This document shows, in pieces, positions 9,480-19,789 of a stretch of 64,000 bases of DNA (position 1 is its first letter; each line of letters starts with the position of its first letter). The DNA comes from an uncultured cyanobacterium (GTDB taxonomy: Bacteria; Cyanobacteriota; Cyanobacteriia; Cyanobacteriales; CAWUOF01). The position numbers and the translations under genes were made by a program. A model generated the notes under the pieces. That model searched no databases, was not told the origin of the DNA, and was given only the letters and a program-made list of their open reading frames with translations. Location of the stretch: positions 2,656,001 to 2,720,000 of the forward strand of contig CAVUSO010000001.1 of assembly GCA_963744145.1 (NCBI GenBank). Reading direction: 5' to 3'.

Positions 9480-10060
9480 ATCCTCTCTTAAAAAACTATT
9501 GTGTGAGTGTCGAGTTTCCTGATGTCAGTGGTGCGGAGCATTTAGAAATGCTGCTAATTCGCGATCGCTTAACAAAGATTGAGTCTCAATTCACTGATGA
9601 AGAAAAAAACTTACTGACAAAAGCAGATCGTCTATTAGTTGAGAAAGCCAATGATTTTTATCAGGAATTATCGCGCTTTGTCAATTTAGCAGAGAGACGA
9701 AAAGCTCAAATGATCCCTCCTCAACGTTGGTGGTGGTATTTAGATGCAATCCAGGTTGTAAAAGGATTTTTAGCAAGCGATTATCCAGCAGCCGTTTGGG
9801 TGCGAGAAAGTCATAGTTCTCTAGCTGTTAGAGTACAACAGCGACTAGAAAATGAGGGATTGCCTCAAATTGTTGCATACTTAGAACAATGCTTAAGTAT
9901 TACCGATGAATTTGACAGACTTGGTGCTGCACAAAAGATTTTGGCTGGGAACTTGCTTAATGCCGATAATAATCGCAATTTAAGTGATAATAATGATTCA
10001 ATTGAGTTACTAGATTTAGCTGAAAGCTTGTTAGAGAAATTAGAAAAATTTCATCAATAA
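9476..10060 (+). CDS. Hypothetical protein: acidic helical N-domain (WWWYLD) plus the shared C-terminal domain; putative antitoxin
   Basis: Translationally coupled to 9096..9479. The C-terminus aligns ungapped with that of 8284..9030. Confidence 0.6.
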   Translation: MNPLLKNYCVSVEFPDVSGAEHLEMLLIRDRLTKIESQFTDEEKNLLTKADRLLVEKANDFYQELSRFVNLAERRKAQMIPPQRWWWYLDAIQVVKGFLASDYPAAVWVRESHSSLAVRVQQRLENEGLPQIVAYLEQCLSITDEFDRLGAAQKILAGNLLNADNNRNLSDNNDSIELLDLAESLLEKLEKFHQ

Positions 10061-10074
10061 AAAATACACTTTAT

Positions 10075-13000
10075 ATGGGAAAGAGATCGGATTATACTAG
10101 CAAAAAAACACAGAATTTACAGTCCCAAGAAGTATATCGCAAGTTAATTAAAGCGTTACTAAACTGTTCTGATGAGCAAAGACCTAAGATTTTTGATGCT
10201 CACCTAGAAATAATTGATACTGGATTTATCCAAACAATGGAACAGGTGGCATTTGAAATGGCTAAAGAAGGTGATGAAAGTGCTTCGTACTTTTTGAGAA
10301 ACTTTGCCGCACAGTTAGCTGCACAAACTGTTTGGATGGAGCTATTAAAAGCTACCTATAACAATAGTAATCGACAGCAAGTAGTCTATTCTATTTTGGA
10401 TGCTCACCAAGGTAAACTTAATAATAGTTTTGCTGAAGTAATAGAAAATTGGGCAATAGATACCTGGCCTATAATCTCGTTAGAGCAGGCAGTTGTTGTT
10501 GCGGGAACAATGATCATTTTCAGTGACTTGATTATGAAGTTTCCTAGAGGTAGCAAATCTGGCAATTTGGAAATTGCACTCACTTGCTGTCAAAGTGCCT
10601 TGCAAATTCTTACTAAAGAGGCTTTCCCTGAACTTTGGGCTATGGCTCAACAAAATTTAGGCAATGCTTACTGTAATCGCATCCGTGGAGACAGAGCAGA
10701 AAATATAGAACAAGCAATTAACTGCCATCAAAATGCTTTGCTAGTTCACAATTATGAAGCTTTTGTCTATGACTGGGCTAGTATTAAAATTGATCTGGGA
10801 AATGCCTATTATTTTAGAGTACGAGGTAAGCAAGCAGAAAACATTGAATTAAGTATTCACTCCTTCAATGATGCCTTACAAGTTTTGAATCAAAAAAAAT
10901 CCCCAGAACTATGGGCTATGGCTCAAAATAATTTGGCAAATAGTTACGGCTATCGTATCTTTGGAGATGTTGCAGAAAATATCGAACAATCGATCATTTG
11001 CTATGAAAATGCTTTGCAGGTCTACACTTTTAAAGCTTTTCCTGAATTATGGGCTATGGCTCAACAAAATTTAGCAGGTGCTTATGGGAAACGTCGCCGA
11101 GGCAACAAAGCAGATAATCAGGAACAGGCAATTTCTTGTTATGAAAATGCTCTACAAGTTTACACCCGCGAAGTTTTTCCAGAAATGTGGGCTTTGGTAC
11201 ATCGTAACTTAGTATGTACTTACTGCGAACGTATCTATGGAATACGAGCAGAAAATATAGAACGAGCTATAATCCACTGTAAAAATTCCTTACAGGTTCG
11301 TACTCGTGAAGCTTTTCCCCAAGATTGGGCTATGGCTCAAAATAGTTTAGCGAATGCTTACCTAGCTCGTATTTATGGAGAACGAATTGCTAACCTAGAA
11401 CAAGCATTTGCCTGTTACAATTATGCCTTACAGATCTATATTCGTGAAACTTTTCCAAATGATTGGGCTTTAATCCAGAGTAATTTAACAGTTGTATATA
11501 AAGAATTACAACAAATTTCAAAAGCCATTCAATCCGCCCAATTAGCTTTAGAAATTTATACCCCTACTTCAAATCCTTTGGAGTGCTTCAGAACTGGATG
11601 CAATCTTGGTATAATTGCCTTCACCGATAAAAGATGGTCTGAAGCTATTATGGGATTTAGTGTAGCTATTGAAGCAGTCGAAACTAATCGTAGTTGGACA
11701 ACTTCTGAATCTCGCCGTCAACAAATTTTGGAAGAAGCTAATATTATCTATATGCGGATGGTGCAAGCTTGTATTAATGCTAGTCAACTAGATAAAGCAA
11801 TTGAAACTGTCGAACGTTCCCGGTCTAAAAGTCTTGTAGACTTAATGGCAAGTAATGACCTTTACTCTGGGGGCAATATACCTTCGGAAGTGCAAGAATT
11901 ATTGCGGCACTATGAAGACTTACAAAAGCAAATTGACTCTGAACTTTTTTCCAATAATTCTGATATTAACCGAGAATTTAGGGAAGTAGAAAGTAGCATT
12001 CAGAAACGTGCTGCTTTTCAAGCTTACAATGAAGCGATCGCCACCCTAGAGATCCAAAAAACTAAAGTCTTTGAACAAATCAGAAAATTAGACCCTGTGC
12101 TTGCAGGTGGAATTCAAGTTAGCGTTATCAGATTTGACCAGATGCAGAGACTCATTGATCAACCAAATACTGCTATTCTGAGTTTCTATACCACTACCGA
12201 AAACACTTATATCTTTGTTCTACGGCAAAATCAGTCAACTCCCTATCTGCATACTTGTATAGGACAAGGAATAGAAACATTACAAAATAAGATTTCTCTC
12301 AATTGGTCGCAGCCATATCTTAAAGATAAAAGCACTTGGCAGTCTCAGCTAAATGATTTCTTGGCTGAACTAGCTCAACGTCTGCAAATCGATAACCTGA
12401 TTGACCACTATCTCCAAGGTATTGAAGAACTAATTTTAGTACCTCATCTTTTATTGCACCAAATTCCTCTTGCAGCTTTACCGATTCAGGATACTGAACA
12501 TTCCTATCTGGGTGACAAATTCCAAATTCGCTATGTCCCCAGTTGCCAAGTTCTAGAATTCTGTCAAGAACGAGAACACCAACACCCAATTGGAGATTCT
12601 CTTCAGTATGGTGTCATTGCAAATGCTACGGAAGACCTGCCCTGTGCCAGTTTTGAAGCGGAGAAAATTGCTAATCTATTCAACATCCCTAAAAGCCAAA
12701 TTTTGCAAGGTCGCAGTGAAGCCACAAAAAATAACTATCGTCAGTTAGCTTCAAAAGTTCAGGTGCTACACTCCTGTCACCATGCCGAATCTCGTCTTGA
12801 TAAACCATTAGAATCAATACTAAAACTGGCAGATGAGACTCTGACACTGGGAGAACTGCTGACTCCAGGTTGGCGATTCCCGAACCTATCAGATGTATGT
12901 CTTTCCTGCTGTGAAACAGGTTTGGGAATACCCAAATCTCTATCCGATGAAATTATGACGCTCTCAACAGGTTTTTTATGTGCTGGGGCAAGAAGTGTTA

Positions 13001-13353
13001 TCAGTACCCTATGGTCAGTAGATGACTTGGCTACAGCCCTGTTTTTTATTTTCTACTATCAGAATCGACAACAAGGTAAAACCAGACCACAAGCTTTGCA
13101 GTATGCACAGAAGGAATTGCGATCGCTTACCCAAGAATATATCAACAAACTATATTTAGAAATAAAAGAAAAGTGTCAAAATGCTAGAAAAAACCGCAAT
13201 CAATATCCAGATGACTATTTAAAATGGAATACTGAATATCGCAAGTATGCCGCAGTGAGACTTGCCATTAACAAAGTGCTTGAAACTCGCGACAATAAAC
13301 CTTTCTCACATCCTAGATACTGGGCAGCATTCACCTGTTCCGGTTTGCGCTAA
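10075..13353 (+). CDS. TPR-repeat + CHAT (caspase-like) protease
   Basis: About eight 40-aa TPR-like repeats (FPELWAMAQxNLGNAY...ENIEQAI.CY.NALQV), ERSRSKSL, LVPHLLLHQIPLAAL, VLHSCHHA (His), LSCCETG (Cys), GARSVISTLWSVDD and HPRYWAAF. Confidence 0.92.
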   Translation: MGKRSDYTSKKTQNLQSQEVYRKLIKALLNCSDEQRPKIFDAHLEIIDTGFIQTMEQVAFEMAKEGDESASYFLRNFAAQLAAQTVWMELLKATYNNSNRQQVVYSILDAHQGKLNNSFAEVIENWAIDTWPIISLEQAVVVAGTMIIFSDLIMKFPRGSKSGNLEIALTCCQSALQILTKEAFPELWAMAQQNLGNAYCNRIRGDRAENIEQAINCHQNALLVHNYEAFVYDWASIKIDLGNAYYFRVRGKQAENIELSIHSFNDALQVLNQKKSPELWAMAQNNLANSYGYRIFGDVAENIEQSIICYENALQVYTFKAFPELWAMAQQNLAGAYGKRRRGNKADNQEQAISCYENALQVYTREVFPEMWALVHRNLVCTYCERIYGIRAENIERAIIHCKNSLQVRTREAFPQDWAMAQNSLANAYLARIYGERIANLEQAFACYNYALQIYIRETFPNDWALIQSNLTVVYKELQQISKAIQSAQLALEIYTPTSNPLECFRTGCNLGIIAFTDKRWSEAIMGFSVAIEAVETNRSWTTSESRRQQILEEANIIYMRMVQACINASQLDKAIETVERSRSKSLVDLMASNDLYSGGNIPSEVQELLRHYEDLQKQIDSELFSNNSDINREFREVESSIQKRAAFQAYNEAIATLEIQKTKVFEQIRKLDPVLAGGIQVSVIRFDQMQRLIDQPNTAILSFYTTTENTYIFVLRQNQSTPYLHTCIGQGIETLQNKISLNWSQPYLKDKSTWQSQLNDFLAELAQRLQIDNLIDHYLQGIEELILVPHLLLHQIPLAALPIQDTEHSYLGDKFQIRYVPSCQVLEFCQEREHQHPIGDSLQYGVIANATEDLPCASFEAEKIANLFNIPKSQILQGRSEATKNNYRQLASKVQVLHSCHHAESRLDKPLESILKLADETLTLGELLTPGWRFPNLSDVCLSCCETGLGIPKSLSDEIMTLSTGFLCAGARSVISTLWSVDDLATALFFIFYYQNRQQGKTRPQALQYAQKELRSLTQEYINKLYLEIKEKCQNARKNRNQYPDDYLKWNTEYRKYAAVRLAINKVLETRDNKPFSHPRYWAAFTCSGLR

Positions 13354-13366
13354 AAGCAATATTTGT

Positions 13367-14155
13367 TTAAGTTAATTCTCCCCGAAAAACTGTCACTGCT
13401 TGTCCACCTAAATATATCCGATCGCTAACATTACGAACTCTTACTATCCCTCCCCGTGAGGATGCTTGATAAGCTAAAAATTCATTTTTATTTAATCGCT
13501 CACTCCAGAACGGACCTAAACAACAATGAGCTGAACCGGTCACAGGATCTTCATTAACACCTGCGATCGGAGCAAAAAACCGTGAGACAAAATCATACTC
13601 AGATGAACTGGCTAAACTCGTAACAATTATACCGCGTACTGGTAGAGTTTTTAGTAACCCAAAATCTGGCTGAATTTGGCGAACTATTTCTTCTGACTCA
13701 ACTTCAACTAAATAGTCAAATTGGTTCTTCCCGACGGTGTTGATTTTTACTCCTAAAGCTGTCGCTAATTGCTCTGGTGCAGTACAAATTATTGGTGGTT
13801 TAGCGGGAAAATTCATTTCGATCCAATCACCTTGTTTTGTCGCACTAAGTAAACCACTCCGAGTATAAAATCTGGCTACTGTTTCTGGGTTTAAATAGGA
13901 TAATTCCCATAAAACATGAGCGCTAGCTAGAGTAGCATGACCACAGAGATCCACTTCTACAGTCGGAGTAAACCAGCGGAGATTAAACCCATCATCTTGC
14001 GGAACTAAAAACGCTGTTTCTGATAGGTTCATTTCCTGTGCTACATTCTGCATCCATTCTGGAGTTGCGGGTTCCTTTAAAATGCAAACTGCGGCTGGAT
14101 TACCGCTAAAAACTTGATTGGTAAAAGCATCTACTTGAATTAATATTGTACCCAT
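13367..14155 (-). CDS. PhzF family isomerase/epimerase
   Basis: QVDAFT...GNPAAV, EMNLSETAF, EVDLCGHATLA and EDPVTGSA motifs. Likely start MGTILIQ at 14155. Confidence 0.92.
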   Translation of the reverse strand: MGTILIQVDAFTNQVFSGNPAAVCILKEPATPEWMQNVAQEMNLSETAFLVPQDDGFNLRWFTPTVEVDLCGHATLASAHVLWELSYLNPETVARFYTRSGLLSATKQGDWIEMNFPAKPPIICTAPEQLATALGVKINTVGKNQFDYLVEVESEEIVRQIQPDFGLLKTLPVRGIIVTSLASSSEYDFVSRFFAPIAGVNEDPVTGSAHCCLGPFWSERLNKNEFLAYQASSRGGIVRVRNVSDRIYLGGQAVTVFRGELT

Positions 14156-14172
14156 AACTGAATATTTGTGGA

Positions 14173-14721
14173 TTATCTTTTTAAAATTAACTCTGATAAA
14201 ATTAAGGCAATATTCCAAGCATCATCTGATCCGCGATGGTGAATACCTTCGGGAACTAACCCTAATAACTCCATTGCTTCTAACATTCCTACTTCCTGGG
14301 GCCAAGCATGAATAACTGCAAACAAGTTTTTCACATTAATATGACTATAGCCAAAAGGATAACTAATATTTCGGCTGTGACATTGTTTTTCAAATTGCTG
14401 TCGATCGTAGTCTCCATAACTAGCCCAAACTCGATCTTTAGAAAAATATTTATTTCGCAAAATTGAACAAGCATTAGCAAAACTAAGACCTTGATCAACA
14501 TCTTTCTGGGTTAATGTGGTCAGTTCCGTACAAAAATTACTGACCTTTGAACGTTCTGGTTTGACTAAAATACTTCTTTTTTCCAGCCGCTTTCCTGACG
14601 CAATATCTACTGGACAAATCCCAATCTCAATAATCTCACTTTCCTGCCCCATCGGAGGATTGCCTTGCCAGCAAGTTGATTCTACATCAATGACAATAAT
14701 CTGATCTAGTTTTTTAGCCAT
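14173..14721 (-). CDS. DEDDh 3'-5' exonuclease (KapD/ERI-1-like)
   Basis: VIDVESTCW, EIIEIG and HHRGSDDAWN motifs. Likely start MAKKLD at 14721. Confidence 0.88.
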   Translation of the reverse strand: MAKKLDQIIVIDVESTCWQGNPPMGQESEIIEIGICPVDIASGKRLEKRSILVKPERSKVSNFCTELTTLTQKDVDQGLSFANACSILRNKYFSKDRVWASYGDYDRQQFEKQCHSRNISYPFGYSHINVKNLFAVIHAWPQEVGMLEAMELLGLVPEGIHHRGSDDAWNIALILSELILKR

Positions 14722-14817
14722 GCTTACCTCAATAATGAAATCATGCCACATCGATTTTCTTTGGCTCCAAAACTAACAAATTTATCTTGTGAGCAAATTC
14801 AGCGATCGGATTTTTTT

Positions 14818-16218
14818 CTAATGGTTGGGAGAATCGCAATCAGGAAGTCCGGAAACAAGTTCAGCCCGAAGTTGTTCCACAACTTGGTCTAGTTCGACTG
14901 CGTGGGAAGCTTTGAATAAAAGGCGATCGCCCGGTTGGACAAACTCTTTTAAGCGCTGCACTAATGATGGACGAACATGATCAACATCTAGCTCATAGAT
15001 TTCGATCAAGGGTAATCCTGTAGCACCAGTGGCCATAGCTTGAGCTTCAGCCCGATCGGCTATAATAAATAAAGCATCAAGTTGGAGCTGTTGAGCATAA
15101 GTTCCCACCTGTTGATGAAACTCGCTAGATCGCTCACCTAATTCCTTCATCGTCCCCAAGATCGCCAGATGACGTTTACCTGGAGCTTGGACTAACAGGT
15201 CTAAGGCTGCTAACATTGATTCTCGGCCAGCATTATAGGTTTCATCCAGAATCACAATATCATTAGCTAATTCATAACGCTGCGATCGCCCTGGTGGCAT
15301 TGGCACCGTAATACCCTGACTTAATGGTTCCCAGCTTACTTGCAGAACTTGCGCTACAGCTAAAGCGGCTAAGTAATTGAGAGCATTATGACGACCTGGT
15401 AGCGGTAAGGGCAACTCTACCCCATCTACTTGTAAAATATTTTGATCAATCAAAGTCCCTTGGAGATCACCACCTGCTAAACCATAAGTTACGGTTTTTC
15501 CTGACCAAACCCTAGCCGCAGTATCAATTAATCTTTGGTTATCCTGATTGAGAATCGCGGTTTGACTAGAAGACATTTCCGCTAATAATTCACATTTAGC
15601 TTCAGCGATCGCTGCTTCTGAACCCAGTAATTCAATATGTGCTGTCCCGACATTCGTAATTAAGCCGATGGTCGGTTCAGCAATTTGGGTCAGGATCGCT
15701 ATTTGACCCCGACCTCGCATGGCCATCTCAATCACGGCATAATCATGTTCTGGTGTTAGTTCCAGCAGAGTTTTGGGCACTCCTATTTCATTATTGTAAT
15801 TAGCGTAAGTCTTCAGAACAGCACCTTTTGTGCCCAAAACTGCGGCAATTAGTTCTTTAGTCGTAGTTTTACCAACCGAACCAGTTACAGCGATCACCGG
15901 AATCGAGAATTGACGACGCCACCAATTAGCGATATTTTGATAAGCCGCTAGGGTATCTTTGACAATGAATTGTGGAACTTTAATTGATAGGAGATGGTCA
16001 GTAATGACAGCGATCGCCCCTTGATCAATGGCGGTGCTCACAAATTTATGGCCATCAAACCGTTCTCCTCGAAGTGCCACAAATACTTCACCAGGTTGAA
16101 GACTACGACTATCAGTAGCAACTCCAGTAGCGACCAGCTGCATCTGATCATCAGAACAATTCACTGGGGTAGTTTTCAGGATTTGGATGAGTTGAGCTAG
16201 AAGTAAATGACAGGACAT
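14818..16218 (-). CDS. murF: UDP-N-acetylmuramoyl-tripeptide--D-Ala-D-Ala ligase
   Basis: TDSR, GERFDGH, AVTGSVGKTTTKE, NYNNEIGVP, DETYNA and LFKASH motifs. Confidence 0.96.
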   Translation of the reverse strand: MSCHLLLAQLIQILKTTPVNCSDDQMQLVATGVATDSRSLQPGEVFVALRGERFDGHKFVSTAIDQGAIAVITDHLLSIKVPQFIVKDTLAAYQNIANWWRRQFSIPVIAVTGSVGKTTTKELIAAVLGTKGAVLKTYANYNNEIGVPKTLLELTPEHDYAVIEMAMRGRGQIAILTQIAEPTIGLITNVGTAHIELLGSEAAIAEAKCELLAEMSSSQTAILNQDNQRLIDTAARVWSGKTVTYGLAGGDLQGTLIDQNILQVDGVELPLPLPGRHNALNYLAALAVAQVLQVSWEPLSQGITVPMPPGRSQRYELANDIVILDETYNAGRESMLAALDLLVQAPGKRHLAILGTMKELGERSSEFHQQVGTYAQQLQLDALFIIADRAEAQAMATGATGLPLIEIYELDVDHVRPSLVQRLKEFVQPGDRLLFKASHAVELDQVVEQLRAELVSGLPDCDSPNH

Positions 16219-16854
16219 GCTGAAAGATTCTATTTAATAAGGCCATCTAAGGTTATTATCCCAAGTAGGGAACTTTTGGATTACTTATTTTCCTCGTCTT
16301 CAGCAAATTTCTTTTGATCACAGTCCTGATTGGGTCTAGATGAGTTATTCATCTCCGGGATCACGATCTTGCTATCATCAGTATAAACACTGATATCTTT
16401 ATGAAAAGTTTAAAAATCCGATGGAAGTCTTTGGCTATTCTTTAAACAAGGAGATTGCTAATGTTGTAACCTTAAAAGTGTAGACCAAAGGGAATTTTTT
16501 GCTATTATTGATTAAGTCAGCAATGGCCACAAGCAGCTAACCTAAGGGGACGGGTAAAAATGAGCAAAAAAGACTAGAACTAAGTAGTCAAATTGTTTTT
16601 TCCCAGTTTAAGTGTTATAAAACACTGGTGTTAGATGATAAAAATCACATAGCAAGTTGATTAAAACAGTTAGACTTCAGTGAAATACGTTATGTAGAGG
16701 ACAAGAAAGAGGAAAATTTAAAACCTATGAAAATTGGTATGTTGATTAGCGGATCTCAGAATAATTAGCAGCAGCTAAAAAAAAGTTGGTTAGGAGTTTA
16801 AGTAAACAGGAGTAGCCTCACTTGGCTCTAAAAAGTGAGCAGGGGGTACAAAAA

Positions 16855-18154
16855 ATGAAACCTTTAACAGAACGTTACCATCGCCATACAATTGGCCCGG
16901 AAGAACAACTAATTTATGACCACTTCCTCGGTTTAGTGGAAGCAGAAGCACCCTCTCAAGTTCTAGAGCGGTTCCATAACTTATTTATCGAAGGTACAGG
17001 CTATCAAGACCAAAAGATTGTAGCAGCTTTAGAGAAGATTACCGCATCAACTCAAGCTGAACAAGAGTTTAGGTTTTTCGTTAATCGTTGCTGTCATATT
17101 TTAATTAACCGTTGGCAAATGCACCCACAAATGGCTGGGTCACTTGTTGATTTAGTAAATTTATTTGAAAAATCGGGTAACAGATTAGGAGGAGCAACTT
17201 GGACGTCCTCGTACTGCGAGACGTTTGCACGAACTAGTTCAAGGTTTTGTCCAAAGTGAGCAGTATCTAACGATTAAACGTTTGGCCACAGTAATCAATC
17301 AAGGGGTAGAAGCAGCTAATAATCCCACTAACAAACCATTGGGTACATTAATTCGCCGCTATCCCTATTTATACGCCCATTGTTTACTGAATGAAGATAG
17401 TGCCTACGAACATCAACAAACCGTGCGGCAGATTCAAGCCCAAGTCCAGCGGCAATATGAAATCAATTTGTCGCAATATGTAACATATCAAGTCAGACGA
17501 TCAGCGCGAGTGAATCGCAACAGTGTCAACCCACCACCAGGGCAAATTATCCAAACTATCAACAATCCTACCCTGTTGAGCGATCGGGAGTTATTCTCAG
17601 CGATTAAGCAATTTGTCGGCAAAGCAGAAGGTCCCTATAGTTACCGAGACTTAGCCCAACGCTTCATCACCCATTCCAGTCAAACCAACTCATTTGGAGC
17701 ATTTAAAGACGATCTATATGAATATTTAACATCTTCTGTCGATCCAGCCTATGGCAAAAGACAGTTTAACGATCGCTTATATAAACAATTACAAACCACC
17801 TTACCTCAGAGCGACTCACAAAAGTTAAGTGACTTCCTGATTGTGAGGACTTGTAGTCAGCTTTTAAACTTTGTAGTTGTCGATAATCCCCAAAAGCCAA
17901 ATCACTTTGTCTTCATTGACTTAATGACAAATTTAGGTGCAACTCTCACCACTGGTTTATTAATCAAAATTGTCCTAATTTGTCGGAAAGTCAAACCATA
18001 TCTAGAAAAGAGATTCTCGATTTTGTTTGATCATTATGAAACTCATACAGGAGATTCAATCAATTGGCTAGTTAAAGGACTAGAAAACTTAAATATAGCC
18101 CTGAGTATTCATTTTGGCTCTTTAGATTTGTCTTTTATGAGTAAAGTTGCTTAG
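16855..18154 (+). CDS. Conserved-looking cyanobacterial hypothetical protein split by an apparent frameshift near 17200-17225
   Basis: ORFs 16822..17259 and 17225..18154 overlap in different frames. The second lacks a convincing start, and the two read as one continuous helical protein. Confidence 0.6.
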
Positions 18155-18293
18155 GACTTCTCAGTAATCTTACTTAATTTTCCGAGGTGGCCAAATTTTC
18201 AATTCTTAATCTATTCCTGTTCCCAACTAAAATCAAAACAGCACCTGGTGAGGTGAATCGTCAAGATCAAAGCGGTTAACAGGAGATCCACCA

Positions 18294-19785
18294 TTGACAG
18301 AGCCGTTACCTGACCCTAACCCAAGACCAAACAATTTACCTACCCTACCTTCCAATGTCACCGTTGGAGAAACAGGATGGGAAAATTTAGTTTTGAGTTT
18401 TGAAGATATTCAGGCAGAATTAAATTATAAACAAGCCAAAGATTCCCTGCGTGAAATCGTGGGTAATTTGGACTTAACTCCCCAAGAACGAACTGGGTTA
18501 GAACCTGTAATTGGGAGTTTAGCAATTATGCTCGACAAACTAGAACGTTCTGTCGTGCAAATTGCTGTATTTGGTATGGTAGGACGGGGGAAATCCTCAA
18601 TTCTGAATGCTTTACTTGGTCAACCAATCTTTGAGACTGGACCATTGCATGGTGTGACCCGTACAGCTCAGGTGGGAGAGTGGGCTGTAAATACCCTGAG
18701 CGAATCTGCAACTAACTCCCAGTCAGCAATTTCCTATCGATTATCCCAAATCGAACTAATTGATACTCCAGGAATTGATGAAGTAGATGGTCAAAGTCGG
18801 GAAGAATTAGCCCGTCAGGTAGCTAAACAGGTAGATTTAATTTTGTTTGTTGTGGCTGGGGATATTACTAAGGTAGAGTATGATGCTCTTTCCCTGATGC
18901 GGAATGCAGGTAAGCCAATTTTACTGGTATTTAATAAAATTGACCAATATCCAGATGCCGATCGACAGGCAATTTATGAAAAAATTCGGGATGAGCGAGT
19001 CCGAGAACTACTTTCTCCCGATGAAATTGTGATGGCTGCTGCTTCTCCGGTCGTAGCGAGAGCTACTCGTAGAGCAGATGGGACGATGGGGGTACAGTTA
19101 AGTCGAGGAAAACCCCAAATTGAAGATTTAAAGCTGAAGATTTTGGAAATTTTAGACCGAGAAGGAAAATCTTTAGTAGCTCTCAATAGTATGCTTTATG
19201 CGGGTGATGTGAATGAGCAATTAGTCCAACGCAAAATGCTGATTCGTTCTAGTAGTGCTAATCAGGTGATTTGGAATGCGGTGATGACTAAAGCTGTCGC
19301 GATCGCTCTTAATCCGATTACTGCGCTTGATCTGCTCAGTGGTGCGGTGATTGATGTTGCCATGATCTTGACATTATCAAAGCTTTATGGTATATCGATG
19401 ACCGAACAGGGAGCATTAGCACTGTTGCAAAAAATCGCGATCGGGATGGGTGGGATTAGTGCTAGTGAACTACTCGCAACTCTGGGATTAAGTTCTTTGA
19501 AGGGAATTTTGGGGTTAGCAACACCTGTAACTGGTGGTTTATCTTTAGGTGCTTATATTTCAGTAGCTTTAACTCAAGCTGGTGTAGCAGGAGTTTCTTG
19601 TTATGGAATTGGTCAAGTGACTAAAGCTTATTTAGCTAATGGTGCATCCTGGGGACCGGATTGGACCGAAAGCTGTCGTTAGTCAAATTCTCGCTACTCT
19701 AGATGAAACATCAATTCTGAGTCGGATTAAGGATGAACTGTGGGAAAAATTAGATGTCAATGCGGTTAGAAGGAAATCTTCGTAA
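18294..19785 (+). CDS. Era-like GTPase with DUF697 C-terminal domain; apparent +1 frameshift near 19661
   Basis: GMVGRGKS, DTPG and NKID GTPase motifs. After SWGPD the alternative frame continues GPKAVVSQILATLDETSILSRIKDEL...* (TAA 19783-19785). Confidence 0.85.
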
Positions 19786-19789
19786 AGAA

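Noticed and set aside
10075..13353. Calling the TPR-CHAT protein HetF or Csx29
   Set aside because: It has the N-terminal TPR, C-terminal CHAT layout of a widespread cyanobacterial class, no type III-E CRISPR genes are present, and it is 40 kb from the NsiR1-like copies.
16219..16854. Long intergenic region as a possible ncRNA or riboswitch
   Set aside because: I could not identify a convincing hairpin, terminator or known motif; it is probably divergent promoter DNA.
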